From the NCBI RefSeq assembly GCF_009914755.1, contig NC_060930.1: a stretch of 64,000 bases of DNA; one strand, 5' to 3'. The notes beneath the pieces were generated by a model that saw only the letters and a list, made by a program, of their open reading frames with translations, did not search any database and had not been told where the DNA came from. Positions 14,640-28,147 of this stretch are shown here, piece after piece. Numbering within the stretch: the first letter of the stretch is position 1; each line of letters opens with the position of its first letter. The DNA is from the human T2T-CHM13v2.0 reference genome, Homo sapiens. Both the position numbers and the translations under genes were made by a program.

Positions 14640-14866
14640 AAGGCCAATGATGAGGCCAATCAGAGTGATACAAGTGTCTCCTTGTCAGAACCCAAGAGCA
14701 AAAGCAGCCTTCACTTACTGTCCCATGAAACAAAAATTGGATCTTTTCTAAGCAACAGAACTTTAGATGGCAAAGACAAAGCTGGCCTTTGTCCAGATGA
14801 AGATGATATGGAAGGAGATTCTTTCTTTGATGATCCCATTCCTAAGCCAGAGAAAACTTACGGTTT
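14640..14866 (+). CDS. CEP43: CEP43 exon 8 (KANDEANQSDTSVSLSEPKS...DDMEGDSFFDDPIPKPEKTYG-L)
   Basis: long pyrimidine tract + ctag|AAGGCC ... GGTTT|gtgagt; 227 nt, phase 0/2; overlaps ORF 14682..14870. Confidence 0.96.
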
Positions 14867-15049
14867 GTGAGTAAATGGTTTTTGAGCTATGAGACTAGGG
14901 GCTTAAAAATAAGATAAATGTTTTCATTTTATAGTTAAAAAATAATGAACTATGGAAGGTTTATAATTATTGGATCCATAAATCTGACTATGCGTTGTTA
15001 ATGCCTTTCATGTTGTAAAACAATCCCAGATTTTAGAAAAACCTAGACA

Positions 15050-16620
15050 TGATTTATTCCAACAAGTAAGTGTAGATTGAGTGTCAGCCACTTGCCAGGG
15101 CTGTTCCAGGGTGGGGTGCAGCAATGATAGAAGAGGGAAGACTCCTGCCCTCAGGAAGCTCATGCTCTGGTGACAGAGTCAGGCAATGAGGGTTATGCTG
15201 CAGCGTGTGGGGTGATGAGAGCAGAGCAGTGATGGGAGCCCGAGTGTGTGGTCAGGGCAGGTGCATGTCAGCTGTCCAAATTGGAGGGGGCCTCACTTGG
15301 AGGTGCCCAGTGAGCAAAGAGCTAGAGGAGGTAAGGGAGTTGCCGTGGGTTGATGGAGCTTTGGGGAGAGGAAACAGACAGCAGGGAGGCGAGTTGGGGG
15401 TAGCAGAGAGAGCAAGATGGGGATCGGATGAGGTGGACTCAGAGATGAGGAGCTGGACGGCTTTTCTTTGAGACTGGAAGCCCTGAGGATCTTGATCTGG
15501 CGTACATTACAGAAGGATCCTGAGGTTGCTGGGGAAGGTTGGTCTTAGAGTTTCCAGTTAGGAGGCCGTTAATGATGGAAAAGGATTTGCCAGTAAGTGC
15601 TAGAGAAAAGTAATATACAGAGTGGCATCATGGTTTTTAGCCTGCAAAACTAGAAGGTTGGAAACACGTTAGATGAAGAGTGGCAAGAGCAAGAGTGGAT
15701 TACACAGACAGGTGGCATGACAGCCTGGAGGCCCCTGTTGCTGTGCTAAGTTAGAGAAGATTGCTAGTGGAAATCCAAAGTAGGCTATTGAGTGTATGCG
15801 TTGGGATTGATGGAGAGGTCTGAGCTGGAGATGTAAATTAGGAGTCATCAGTTTGTAGATAATGTGGGGTGTGGGAGACTACAGAGGATCACCAAGGAAG
15901 CAGGACCTGCGCACCTTGAGGCCAGAGCAGGGAGCTAGAAGCAGCAGAGGAGATGGAACCAGGAGAGTGGTGTCTGTGGAGGTGGCGGTAGGGAGGAGTA
16001 GCTGTATGATGCCGTTGGATTTAGCCATCTGGAGGTCAGTGATGACCTTGACACAGTTTTGTTGGAATGGGGGTGCGAGGCAGGTTAGAGAATTAGAGTG
16101 CATTCAAGACAGACAGGAAAGGATTGTAGATGAAAAATAGTTTTCTGATGAGTTGTAAAAGTGTGCAGAGGAGCAGGGTGGTGGCTGGAGGGGCAGGATT
16201 TAGGGCTGAAAAACGTGTTTAGGTGGGAGAAATAACAGCATGTATGCTGACGAGAGCTGTTCAGCTTTAAAGATGGAAGAATTAATGATGTAAGGGAGTG
16301 AGAGGAGAACTGGAGGGCTGCGCAGCAGTGGAATCCCATGCAGGGGCTTGTGTTTGCTGGAAAAGTGGAGAGCGTGTGGGTCTCATTGTAGGCAGGGGGT
16401 GGATATGATGGTGGCACCTGTGCAAGCTGTCACCTGAGTTCATAGTTGAGTGAGGATGGAGGACGGAGGTTGGAGATAAGAGGAGAGTGGAGAAAGCATG
16501 AAATCTTTCTATAAGAAAGTAAGGCGAGAAGGCACTGTGGAAACCCGGAGGGTTGTTGGGCAGTTTTAAAGGTCCCCTTGAGGTTAGTGGTCATGACTTT
16601 AAGGGGAGTTCATCAGCATG
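15050..16620 (-). mobile_element. L2 fragments (old, diverged)
   Basis: cctgccctcaggaagctc, ggagatgtaaattaggagtcatcag, ggatttagccatctggaggtcagtgatgaccttgac. Confidence 0.65.
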
Positions 16621-17012
16621 GCTGTTAGTGGCTTCTGTAAGCAATATTAAATCTGAGAGGTGGCACTTATTTGCTAGTAAACTCCTGTATTGTCCCTTGG
16701 CTGCATGTCTGGGTAATGGAAAAGGGCTTCTGAAAAAAATCACAGTGAAGAGGTCAATTTAGTTTATATCAAACAGAATTCTAAAGAGAGGTGAGCTGAT
16801 TTCTTACGCCCTGGCTGTGCCGATTGTGGTTGATCTGTAGTTTGCACTCCCTTGGTGTACTTTATGGTTTTGAATCTTTAAAGTGTATATTCTTGATTTC
16901 CAGCCACCACACGTATAAAATATCTTTAAGTTGCTTTTGTTTCTGTGGCAGAATAAAAGTGTTTAGTGGCAGAACATAAGAGCACCGATTAACTGTCCTT
17001 GTTTCTTGTTAG

Positions 17013-17125
17013 GAGGAAGGAACCTAGGAAGCAAGCAGGAAGTCTGGCCTCGCTCTCAGATGCACCCCCCTTAAAAAGTGGACTCAGCTCCCTGGCGGGA
17101 GCCCCTTCTTTAAAAGACTCTGAGA
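17013..17125 (+). CDS. CEP43: CEP43 exon 9 (RKEPRKQAGSLASLSDAPPLKSGLSSLAGAPSLKDSE)
   Basis: gttag|GAGGAAG ... GAGA|gtaagt; 113 nt, phase 2/1. Confidence 0.95.
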
Positions 17126-18313
17126 GTAAGTGCCCAAAGATGTGGACTTCAATACTCGGGATATTTTTTCTCTAATTAAATACTATGTGATTATTGTTGA
17201 TTTTTTTTCCCAGGAAAATCACTAAAATAACCTATCATTTTATCACTCAGAGATATTTCCTGTTAATATTTTGTTGTGTTTTGTTACTTCTAAGGTGGTC
17301 CTATTTTATATGTTGTTTTGTATTCTGGCCCTTCCTATACCTATATACCATCGGAATACTTTTGGGAAGTTGACTTTTTAGCTGATTTTTATTATCTATA
17401 GAAATAAAATTTTTAAATCATCTCTCCTTTTTTGGACATTTACAATGACTTGAGTTGGATTTGCTTTCAATTAATTTTTAAAAATTTGGTGATACCACAG
17501 TAAGTATCATAAAATGTTAAATAAAAAATTATTCTGCAGATCATTTTCAAGAACAGTGACCTGACATGTCATCGTAAATGCAGCAGAGCTAAAGAGCACT
17601 GGTTACACATGGAATAGTCTAGCTCTGGCACCAGTTACTTTCCCACCTCTCCCCACACACAGTGATAGGAATTTAAAAAGCATAGCCCTGAACATGTAGG
17701 ATGGGCAGAGGTCCTTTGGAAACCGTATCATAGTAAATGTTGTATTTAATTAGCGTAGTGTTTCAGAGCACGTGTACCTCTTTTGAGAAAGTTTCCTAAA
17801 GTAGATTCACTAAGAATTTGCAGTATGCGTTTTGCATAATTGTCCAGTATTTCCGAATCTTTTTGTATTGCTTGATATACTGTGGGACTTCCTAGGGCAC
17901 ATAAGAGAGCCGGCCTGTTGCTTCTCTTAAACCAGCCATGTATTTATAATGTCCGCATCCCTTCCCATTTGCTTCTTTCCCGTGGTTACTGCCACCTTTA
18001 AGAAAGGAATCCAGGACATCATGAACATGTCATTCTGACATTGATTAGAGAATGATCATTTAGAGAGGACGTTGAGAACAAAGGACTAAAAAACCAGTGA
18101 GGATGTCACTTTAGTAAGTGAAATAGCAGTTGCACTGAAGAAAAATTTAGAAATTCAAAGGAAAAATAAGACTCATGAAAATAATTAACAGTCTATGAAT
18201 TCATACCTAACAGGGCTGTTTATGGAAAGTGATGTCTTATAATGAGGCAAAAAATGGTTTTTGGTGGTTGTGTTCCAATAAAGTAGTATTGTTTATGGTT
18301 TAAAAAGGGATGT

Positions 18314-18626
<313 letters not shown>

Positions 18627-18777
18627 TCATTAATCACAGTTTATTTTTTCCTTAGTTTTAGGTTATTATGCTCCTGTCATAAAGAAGCCCCATATTGAAC
18701 AACGACAAAAATTGATGTGGTTTAGAGACTGTTATATTCTAAGTCACTCTAATGTTAATATTTTCTCCTGTTCACAG

Positions 18778-18846
18778 GTAAAAGGGGAAATACAGTTTTG
18801 AAAGATCTGAAATTGATCAGTGATAAAATTGGATCACTTGGATTAG
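18778..18846 (+). CDS. CEP43: CEP43 exon 10 (SKRGNTVLKDLKLISDKIGSLGL)
   Basis: ttcacag|GTAAAA ... GATTAG|gtaatt; 69 nt, phase 1/1. Confidence 0.94.
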
Positions 18847-18954
18847 GTAATTAGATTTCTAGTTTTTGTGTTGATCGTTTTAAAGTGATTATTTTTAGGG
18901 TAAGGCTGTAAAAGAAGTGACTCCGTCTGCCTACGCTGAGCACCTTCCTGCTGC

Positions 18955-19400
18955 TGCTCATTCAGCAGGTGTTTGAATGGCTTTTACGTGTTCAGGATTA
19001 CACGCTATGCGAGAGATGGCTACAGCAACAGCCATCATGTTCTCGTGAACCTCTGTCTTCATGGAGTTTAAATTCTGGTCAGGAATATGAACATTAAACG
19101 GGCATCTACAGATATTTTGACTGTAAAAGGGTCAGTATATATGGGTATAGAAATGGCTAGTAGGTTACCTTTGTCCAGTCTTGGCATTCAGGGAAGACTT
19201 CTTATAAGAAGTGACTTCTGTGCAGAAGCTTCATGGTTAAGTAGATGTATAAGAGAGAAGGGAAGATATTTCAGTTCAGACTGAGAAAAATTTGGGCAGA
19301 GGCAGAGCCATTTGCTAGATGCTGGTAGTACATGGTCCAGGCCTCAGAGAATTCAGTCTAGTGGGGAAACAGACTTATTGAAAGAAAAATTGTGAGATGT
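18955..19400 (-). mobile_element. L2 3' fragments
   Basis: cattcagcaggtgtttgaatgg...ctctgtcttcatggagtttaaattctgg. Confidence 0.5.
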
Positions 19401-19839
19401 GTTCAGTTCTGTTCTATGGAGCAGAAGTTGGTAAGCCTGCCATGTAAGTACATTCATTCCTATGGAAGTAAGAGTGTCAATGTGAACATTACCGAGCCCT
19501 GGGCCATATGTTGAGAGCACATTTCTCATTCAGTGTTCTGTTCTGTGCAAGACTGTAGCAGTGTGACAGGCATACTTTAGGCAAACTCATTTATGTAAAG
19601 GCAAACTTGGTGACCTGAAGGAAACGGTGCAGCCAGGTTCTCAATGGCCACTTCCTATGCTCTCTGTGGATGTGATGGGATCCCTTCCTGGTCTGTAATC
19701 ACTCACACATGGAAGCATTGGAAGAGCTTCACAGGCAGGTTAGGGAGAAAGAAAGGTGTGTCCCCATGTGCTTTTAAAACCCAGCCCTGTCCAAGGGGCA
19801 GCTCCGAGAATGCCCTTCCCTCTTCTGGAGAGACATTCT

Positions 19840-20065
19840 GGATAGTGCAAAGAACTTGGGCTTGGAGTTGGATAGAAGTGACATCTCAGATGTGGCACTG
19901 ATTGATGGGTAGCGTAGGGAGATAAACTAAACTGCTATTTCCTCATCTGTTAAGTGGAACTAATAACATCTGCCTTGTTTTAAAGAGTAAATAGGATTTA
20001 AATATCTCTTCATATGTAAATTAAAGTACAGTGGCTGGCATGGTAGGTGCCTAGTAAATGTTAGT
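19840..20065 (+). mobile_element. MIR
   Basis: ttcctcatctgttaagtggaactaataacatctgcc...tggcatggtaggtgcctagtaaatgttag. Confidence 0.7.
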
Positions 20066-20834
20066 TTTCTTTTTACGTTACTTTTCCCCCCATTTGCAGA
20101 AGAATAAATGTTCCCTGAGCTGCCCGGATTCTTGTTCCGCACAGTGCCCTGGAGTCCTGGTAACTGAGTTGCTGGTTGTGCTGCCATCTGCTCTTTGTGC
20201 GTCCTGGTTGCTGGCTGGCCAGCTAGGTGGGCCTGCCTCCTTTCCCTCCCTTGTGCTTTTCCTGTCAGCTGTGGTCATGGTTGCCATTAGATGTTCTTTT
20301 CCACTAAATCTCAGTGGCTAACTGCCACCAGAGACTTTACTCCTGACCTCTGCACCGTGATGGCCGCCCTGTCCCCTTTGTGTTCTGTTTTTTTCACTTT
20401 TGTGGTGTTTCACTCTGTTGCCAAACCTTTTAGCTTTTTTCTCTGACTGCTCTATTCTCTTACCAAAGCGAGGGTTTTCCCTCCTGTTTCTGAGTGGGGA
20501 GCTGCCGAGAATTGTCATCCTCAGGAGGGAATGTCGTTGCTGGGGCTGCAGAGTTGCTGGGTACAGGCAGGAGGGTGGTGTGCTCCTTCACTTCACTTTG
20601 TCTTGGGACTTAGGCATATCTCGGGTTGGAATTGGGGTAGTTATGCAGGTGAGAACTACCAGTTCACTAGCTGGATGTTTGTCATTTAGCTAGGCATTAG
20701 GATTCAGTAGAAATAAAGTTTTATTTCGTTTTGCAACAATGTTGTTTTCTGTTTGGGTTGTTTACATTTTAAATATACAGTACTCTAGGTATTTTGAGTA
20801 ATATGTAGACAGATGTTAGTGGACCAGCCTAGGA

Positions 20835-21030
20835 GAATAATGATGTTAGTGATAAGTGCTTGGCACTGTACCAAGGAATTATTTTATTTAATTCATATCC
20901 TATGAGGTAGGTTTTATTACTATCTCCATTTTTACAGATGAAGAATCTAGGTTAAGTAACTTGCCCAAGGTCATGCTGCTTTTAGAGTCCTGATGCATCA
21001 CACAGAGCCCTCACCACTGTGTTTTACTGC
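20835..21030 (-). mobile_element. MIR
   Basis: cctatgaggtagg...ccatttttacagatgaag...ggttaagtaacttgcccaaggtca. Confidence 0.8.
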
Positions 21031-21207
21031 CTGTATGTTATTTAGACATATTGAAATAATCATTTCAATGGGAACATAAATTCTGAGTTCCAAATAAATA
21101 ATCTACAAATAAAGCTTTAGAGCACCATCTATTTTAGTTTGGCAGACAAATATTAATTAAAGGTGCCCAAAAGGAGTGTTTATAGATAGGTACTTTGCAT
21201 ATTTAAA

Positions 21208-21557
21208 GCAAGAGTTGCTAAGCTTTTTCCGTAAAGGGCCAAATAGTCTATATTTTAGGGTTTGTGGATGGCATGTACTGTCTCTCACATAGTCTTTGTG
21301 TGTTTTTTTGTTTTTTTGTTTTTTAACAATCTTTAAAAATGTAAAAGCCATTCTTAGTTCACAGGCTGAACAAAAGCAGGTCATCAGCCAGAGGCAAGAA
21401 TGAAAGTAAGGAAAGCAGAAGGCTGTCAGGAAGTCCGGGCCAAAGATGACTGGGGTAAGGGCAGATAAGACAGAGGGTATGGGATGGGGAGGAGAGACTG
21501 TCAAAAAATGAAGAAAACAAGAATCCTTGGCCTGAGGGCCAAAATTTGCTGACCCTT
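21208..21557 (+). mobile_element. MER58-like hAT-Charlie MITE (interrupted)
   Basis: ctttttccgtaaagggccaaatagt...aaaagccattcttagttcacagg...ttggcctgagggccaaaatttgctgaccc. Confidence 0.65.
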
Positions 21558-21571
21558 AAAGTAATGTAGTA

Positions 21572-21808
21572 CAGGTTGAGTATCCCTTAATGCAAATGCT
21601 TGGGACCAGAAGTATTTCAGAGTCTGGATTTTTTTGGATTTTGAAATGTTTGCATTTTTCTTACCAGATGAGCATCCCAAATCTGAAAATCTGAAAGTCC
21701 GAAATGCTCCAATGAGCAGTTTCTCTGAGCATTACGTCAGCACTCAGAAAGTTCTGGATTTCATTCAAGTTTGGTTTTCAAATTTTTGAATTTGGGATGC
21801 TTAACCTG
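21572..21808 (+). mobile_element. Tigger4a/MER46-type MITE
   Basis: TA|CAGGTTGAGTATCCC ... GGGATGCTTAACCTG|TA terminal inverted repeats. Confidence 0.88.
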
Positions 21809-21921
21809 TATGTATTCTGTTAATCATTTTGACACTGGCTTAAATTATTGTAATACTAAACAATACATAACCAAGAAGTCAGAATCTGATGTGTTATAGC
21901 ACATTATTCAGTAAATATCTT

Positions 21922-22384
21922 TGTCTCATGTGTCTGTCTGAAGAGACCACCAAACAGTCTTTGTGTGAGCAACATGGCTGTTTATTTCACCTGGGTGCAG
22001 GCAGGCTGAGTCCGAAAAGAGAGTCAGCAAAGGGTTGTGGATTATCATTAGTTCTTACAGGTTTTGGGATAGGTGGTGGAGTTAAGAGCAATGTTTTGAG
22101 GGAAGGGGTTGGATCTTACAAAGTACATTCTCAAGGGTGGGGAGAATTACAAAGAACCTTCTTAAGCATGGGGGAGATTATAAAGAATCTTCTTAAGGGT
22201 GGGGGAGATTACAAAGTACATTGATCAGTTAGGGTAGGGCAGAAACAAATCACAATGGTGGAATGTCATCAGTTAAGGCTATTTTCACTTCTTTTGTGGA
22301 TCTTCAATTGCTTCAGGCCATCTGGATGTACACGTGCAGGACACTGGGGATATGATGGCTTAGCTTGGGCTCAGAGGCCTGACA
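21922..22384 (-). mobile_element. HERV-H solo LTR (LTR7 family, LTR7B-like)
   Basis: minus strand begins TGTCAGGCCTCTGAGCCCAAGCTAAGCCATCATATCCCC; TG...CA ends; perfect 5-bp TSD ATCTT at 21917-21921 and 22385-22389. Confidence 0.93.
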
Positions 22385-23329
22385 ATCTTGTGTTTTGAAT
22401 TGGCTACAAATGCTGCCAGGTGGGGAATCCAGTTAGCTTTCTTTAAATCCACATTGCAGCCACAGCCGTCCTCGCTGTCTCAGCTCAGTGTCCACCTCTG
22501 CTCTCCTCACTGGCCTTCACACATAGGAACACTACAATGGGTCCTTGGAGGCTGACATTTTAGTAGCTGCCACTCCTGGTTTTACTTAGCGCTTGCAAAC
22601 CAGCCACATATGTAGTTTGTTTAATCAGATTTCCACTTCTCCTTCTTGGCCCTGACAGTGCCTGGTTTCTGGCAAGCACTTGCAGCCCTTTAACCTTTGA
22701 GGCTACAGTGGAGACGAGCTCTTGATTCTCAAGAGGAGAGGAAGCTCCTGACATGTCCCTCCTGACTGCTTATGATCAGGGATTTCCAGTTCATTACTGG
22801 GCAAGGTTTGGATGTAGCAGGAACAAGGACTCATGTTTTCTTCGTTTGCTGATATTCTTCCCACCCCATATCATCTACCCGTCTGTCTTATCTGTGGGAC
22901 ACCTTCCTTGACCCAAGCCTTTTACCCCTGTTCTCTTTGGCCTGGACTTTCTGACAGCCTTCTGCTTTCCTTACTTTCATTGTTGCCTCCTGTACACACA
23001 TTTCTTCTGGCGGTGGTACGATTATTTCTGGGAAAACAGAAGTGAGGTAGTGCTACCCTGCACTTTTTCACTCCTGTCTTCCCCCACCCCACCCCATCCC
23101 AGACAGCTTCCCTTTGTATTCAGGCTAAGATCCTTATTGCAACCAACCAAGCCCTAATGATCCGGCTTCTGCCAACCCTTCTGATCGCCACTCCTTTTTT
23201 CTTCCTCCACCCATTCTGTCCCCCAAATTCATTGTTTTATGGTTGTATGGCTTCCTTACTGGTGGTTTTTACATTTTTTTTGAGACAGTATTTTAAAAAT
23301 TAAAATTTAAAAAATAAAATAAATTTTTA

Positions 23330-23448
23330 ATTTTTGAGGGGGTCTTGCAATGTTGCCCAGGCTGGTCTCAAACTCCTGGGTGCAAGTGATCCTCCTGCCT
23401 TGGCCTCCCAAGTAGCTGGATTACAGATGTGCGTCACTGCTCTGGGCT
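23330..23448 (-). mobile_element. FLAM/AluJ monomer
   Basis: gttgcccaggctggtctcaaactcctggg...gatcctcctgccttggcctccc. Confidence 0.8.
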
Positions 23449-24830
23449 GCACTGGTGGTTTTTCAAACCACCGCACCCTCCCCCACCTCAGGGCCTTTCA
23501 CATGTTTCCTCTTGGAACACACTGTCCCCAGTAATTTGTACCTCTGCAACCTAGGTTTCCACTCAGTTGCTACCTTGGAGTTCTTCCCAATTGCACTAGC
23601 AGTATTTGGTTTGTTCCACTGTTCCTCTTCACTAGAGTGTTTGCTCCCTGAGATCAGAGATACCATCTTAGTCATTGCTATACCTCTAGGGGACCTAGTC
23701 ATCACTCAGCTGGTTGATAAATTAATCATATGATTTGGCTGTAAGAGAATTACATTGTCTAACTGTCTGGACAGAGCTTGAATCCCCTCAGCAGTCTGAC
23801 CGATTTAGAGACAGTCCAGCCTTATCTGAGGGAAGATCGAGGACAAGGCCCGCAGGGTCTTTGAACGGCTCTCTGTCATGCCAGGTCTTCTTTTTGTGAT
23901 CTGCATCTTCTGCATGTGGCTGTACATGCTTCCTGGGTCTTTCATAGGCCATCCATTCACATTTTAAGTTGGCTCTCATGTGCCTCCAAGTCTGCTTTGA
24001 GGCTGACAACTCTTTTTCCTCATCTAGCCCTCAGAAGTCCTGGGAGGGAAGGGCTGCTGATTTGCAAATTTGTCCTTTATAGCCTTAAGTTGATCTGAAG
24101 GTGCCCCCTCTGTCAGAGGCTTGTGGTGCACTTTGAGAAACTGGTAACACTGCCTCACTATTCACCATCCCACCTTCATTCAGTTGCCTTTTATTAAGAT
24201 CTTACTGTGGACCAAGGTCTCTGTTAAGCACATCATGTACCTGAATCCTTATGTTAACTCTGATTGGTGTGGCTTTGGCTGTACGTCAGAGCAGAGGACA
24301 TGGCCAAGAAAGGGCACCTCACATTCCCAGGTCACAGAGCTGTTGAGTGGCAGGTCTGAGGCCTGAGCCTGGCTCTGTCTGACTGAAGGTGCCCTTATTT
24401 GCTGTGCTTCATGGCCTCTTCACACCTCATGAGTGTTTTTTAACTTTTATAACAAAACAATTAGCATGTTGAAAACGCTCAGTAGTTCATCTAGTACCTA
24501 GAGGGGATTGATGATGACTTGCTATTGCTATACGCCATTAAGTCAAGGGACCTTATTAATGGTGAGTGTGCCCCATGTTAATTGCCTTAGAGTACCCGGA
24601 GTAAAGATGAGGTGTTAACCACATTTTATAGTCACTTGTAACAGTTTATTATTTCTTAGGTATTTCATTTGTCATTTGTCTTCATATTATATATGCTTAA
24701 AATGTTATTTCTAGTCTGGGACTTTTTAAATGATGCAATATAATTAATTTTTTTTAAGGAAATGTGTGTTTAATGGTAGGTAAATTGTGACGCACATTAG
24801 ATATAACATATCTTTTCTTAAACTTATCAG

Positions 24831-24870
24831 GAACTGGAGAAGATGATGACTATGTTGATGATTTTAATAG
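24831..24870 (+). CDS. CEP43: CEP43 exon 11 (GTGEDDDYVDDFNS)
   Basis: ttatcag|GAACTG ... AATAG|gtaaga; 40 nt, phase 1/2. Confidence 0.94.
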
Positions 24871-25286
24871 GTAAGAAAAACTATTGGGCAAATATATAAA
24901 TATATACGTTATTTGTAAACAATTTCCGAACACAGACAAGACAAAATTACATTTGGTGCTTATTTTAATGTATTTGATTCTGTTGTTCATATTGATTGAA
25001 GATGAAGAAAAGATAGTTAATCCAAAATTAAATATTTGATTTTAGAGCATGTTTTTGATTTTACATTAGAATATAGACAGTCACATTATGTTCAGGAAAC
25101 TTGGTAAGAAGAAGAGAAACAATTGAAGAATTAACTGAGAAGTCATTTAGAAGCAGTTCAGTTGCCGTGTCATAAGTGCTGATTTTCTCTTCCTTCCATA
25201 CCTTTTTGTGGCGGGAATTGTCTCAAAATTGACCTAAAATAATTATGCTCTCAAATTAGTTTTTTGATTCAGATCACATTTCCTAA

Positions 25287-25635
<349 letters not shown>

Positions 25636-26100
25636 ATTCCTTTCTTATACACAGAAAGATAATATGTAATGTAGAAGTAATATTTGTTGTGGATATGATT
25701 CGAAATTTTAAATTAGATGCCTGAGAATTTTATTTAATTGACAGGTTATCTTTCCAATTGGAAGTCTGTATTTTTTTTTATAATTTATTATACAGTTTTT
25801 GAGAAAGAGCATGATGTAGTAGATGAAATTGTAAAAATCTGGGTTTGTTTCTTTCTTGCTATTGTGACCAAAGTCACTGCTTTGAACCTTTGTCTCCTCA
25901 TCTGTTACATTGACTTGACTGCTGCTGCCCTTGCTACATTATTTTAAGGGTCAAGCAAGACAATATGTATGAAATTAATTATAGTTAATATTATATTTTA
26001 CTTAAAGGATTAAAAGAAATATCTGAATGTTTAAAGAATAGTAATCTCTTTAAATGTTTATTTTCAGAGTTCTTATTTTTTTTTCCCCTTCTGAAATTAG

Positions 26101-26197
26101 TACCAGCCATCGCTCAGAGAAAAGTGAGATAAGTATTGGTGAAGAGATAGAAGAAGACCTTTCTGTGGAAATAGATGACATCAATACCAGTGATAAG
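26101..26197 (+). CDS. CEP43: CEP43 exon 12 (TSHRSEKSEISIGEEIEEDLSVEIDDINTSDK)
   Basis: aattag|TACCAG ... GATAAG|gtatgg; 97 nt, phase 2/0; overlaps ORF 26054..26320. Confidence 0.95.
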
Positions 26198-27785
26198 GTA
26201 TGGTGTTCTGCATTTCCCATAGAGTGCTTTTTTTTTTTAACCTATTTGTCGATTTACTGTAAAGCTTCAAAATTCATACTAATTAGTAGAAAAACAGTTG
26301 AAAATTATGAAAAGTCATGACAGAGACCTGGCTCGAGTTTATAAAGAATGTCTTTGATGAATGTGTAAGATTGGTTTTGGTTGTCACTTCCTTTGGTATG
26401 CAAGTCTCGCTGCTGAAATGCCTGAGGATTATTCCTGGGGCACTGGGATTGCTGTGGATTAAGAGGGATCAGGGTGGGTCAGGCTTAGTGAGAATTGACC
26501 ACCTGGTGCCATAGGTGGAAGTCAGTATAGGGTACTGTGATCACAGGAGGAAGCTGAGCCTGGAGTGCAGAGAGTGTGGTCATCTTGGCCAGTTGTGACA
26601 TCTGAACAGGCAAGCCAGACTGGGCTAAAATCCACAGGAGACAAGACAGTAGGCCATAAAGTTAGAGTCCGTATTTGAGATCCAAACTTTACCTTTTTAT
26701 GTGGGTGGAGAACAGAAGATCCTTCGATGGTGAGCTGTAGCATTGCAGGGTCACCTGTCAGTACCCACTTCAAGCTGTCCCCAGCTCAGAGGAGTCTACC
26801 AGTCAGGTTGGAGGTTGCCATGGCTGGGTGGGGACTTGCTTTCCAGAACAAGGTGGGATTCTCCAAGCGCTGTGATTGTCACACAGGGAGAAGGCCTTTG
26901 AGAGAGGTAGCGTTTACAGTGCAACCACACAATCTAAGTCAGCAGCATCCGTGTTTGCATTCTTATTCTTTCATATATTTTCTTATTTAAGCTTTAACCT
27001 TTGACTCTCAGTTTCTTTACTTGTAAGATGGAAGTATTAATACCTATGTGATAGGATTATTTTGAAGGTTAAATGATAATATATAAAGCACTTCTCTAAT
27101 TCCTGATGTATTATACCCTTATAATTATAAATTTAGCTTTCTCTTTTCACCCTGCATCATCCTAAAGAGGCCTGAAGAATGTTGCTTTAAAGTTATACCA
27201 AAGAAACTATGAAGGATTCTTTAAATATGAGGGAGAGGACTCGAAGAAATGACTGTTAAACTAGGATTTGTGAAATGACGTGGGTTGAAGAGGAGGTGTG
27301 GCATCCCTTTGCCATTGGGGGCCTTGGATGGCGTCCAGGAGTCTGGGCTTTGTTAGACTGCTTCTCACTGGGTCCTACTCACTGGGTTTGGCACATCAAT
27401 GTTCCTAGGAGTTTTCACTTAAAAGCTTAAATTTAGATAATTTTGCCATTTACATAGATTGGATTTTGACAGTCACTGTACTTCATCAGGAAGCATTTTC
27501 TAAAGCCTTCTGTGTAGAGAATTGCTACTGGGCACCTGGGGAACACAAAAGCATTTGTATTCTTTGCAGTAAGAATACAGCAGACAATCTGGTCACCTTT
27601 CAGCCAAGGTGACCAAAACCAGTGTCCATTAAGCACCTACTATTTAGAGAGCACAGGGCTGGGGATGTGGGGGTGTGAGGAAGGAGATAGCCCAGTGGAA
27701 TGGGCAAGTTCTGTAAGTTCATCACATCTGGGTTTGAGTTCTGGAGCTGCTACTTACCACTCACAAATTTGGCCAAGTTATTTAA

Positions 27786-28147
<362 letters not shown>

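Noticed and set aside
14682-14870. Stand-alone 62-aa gene
   Set aside because: It is CEP43 exon 8 reading into the GTGAGT donor; the same applies to ORF 26054..26320 (exon 12)
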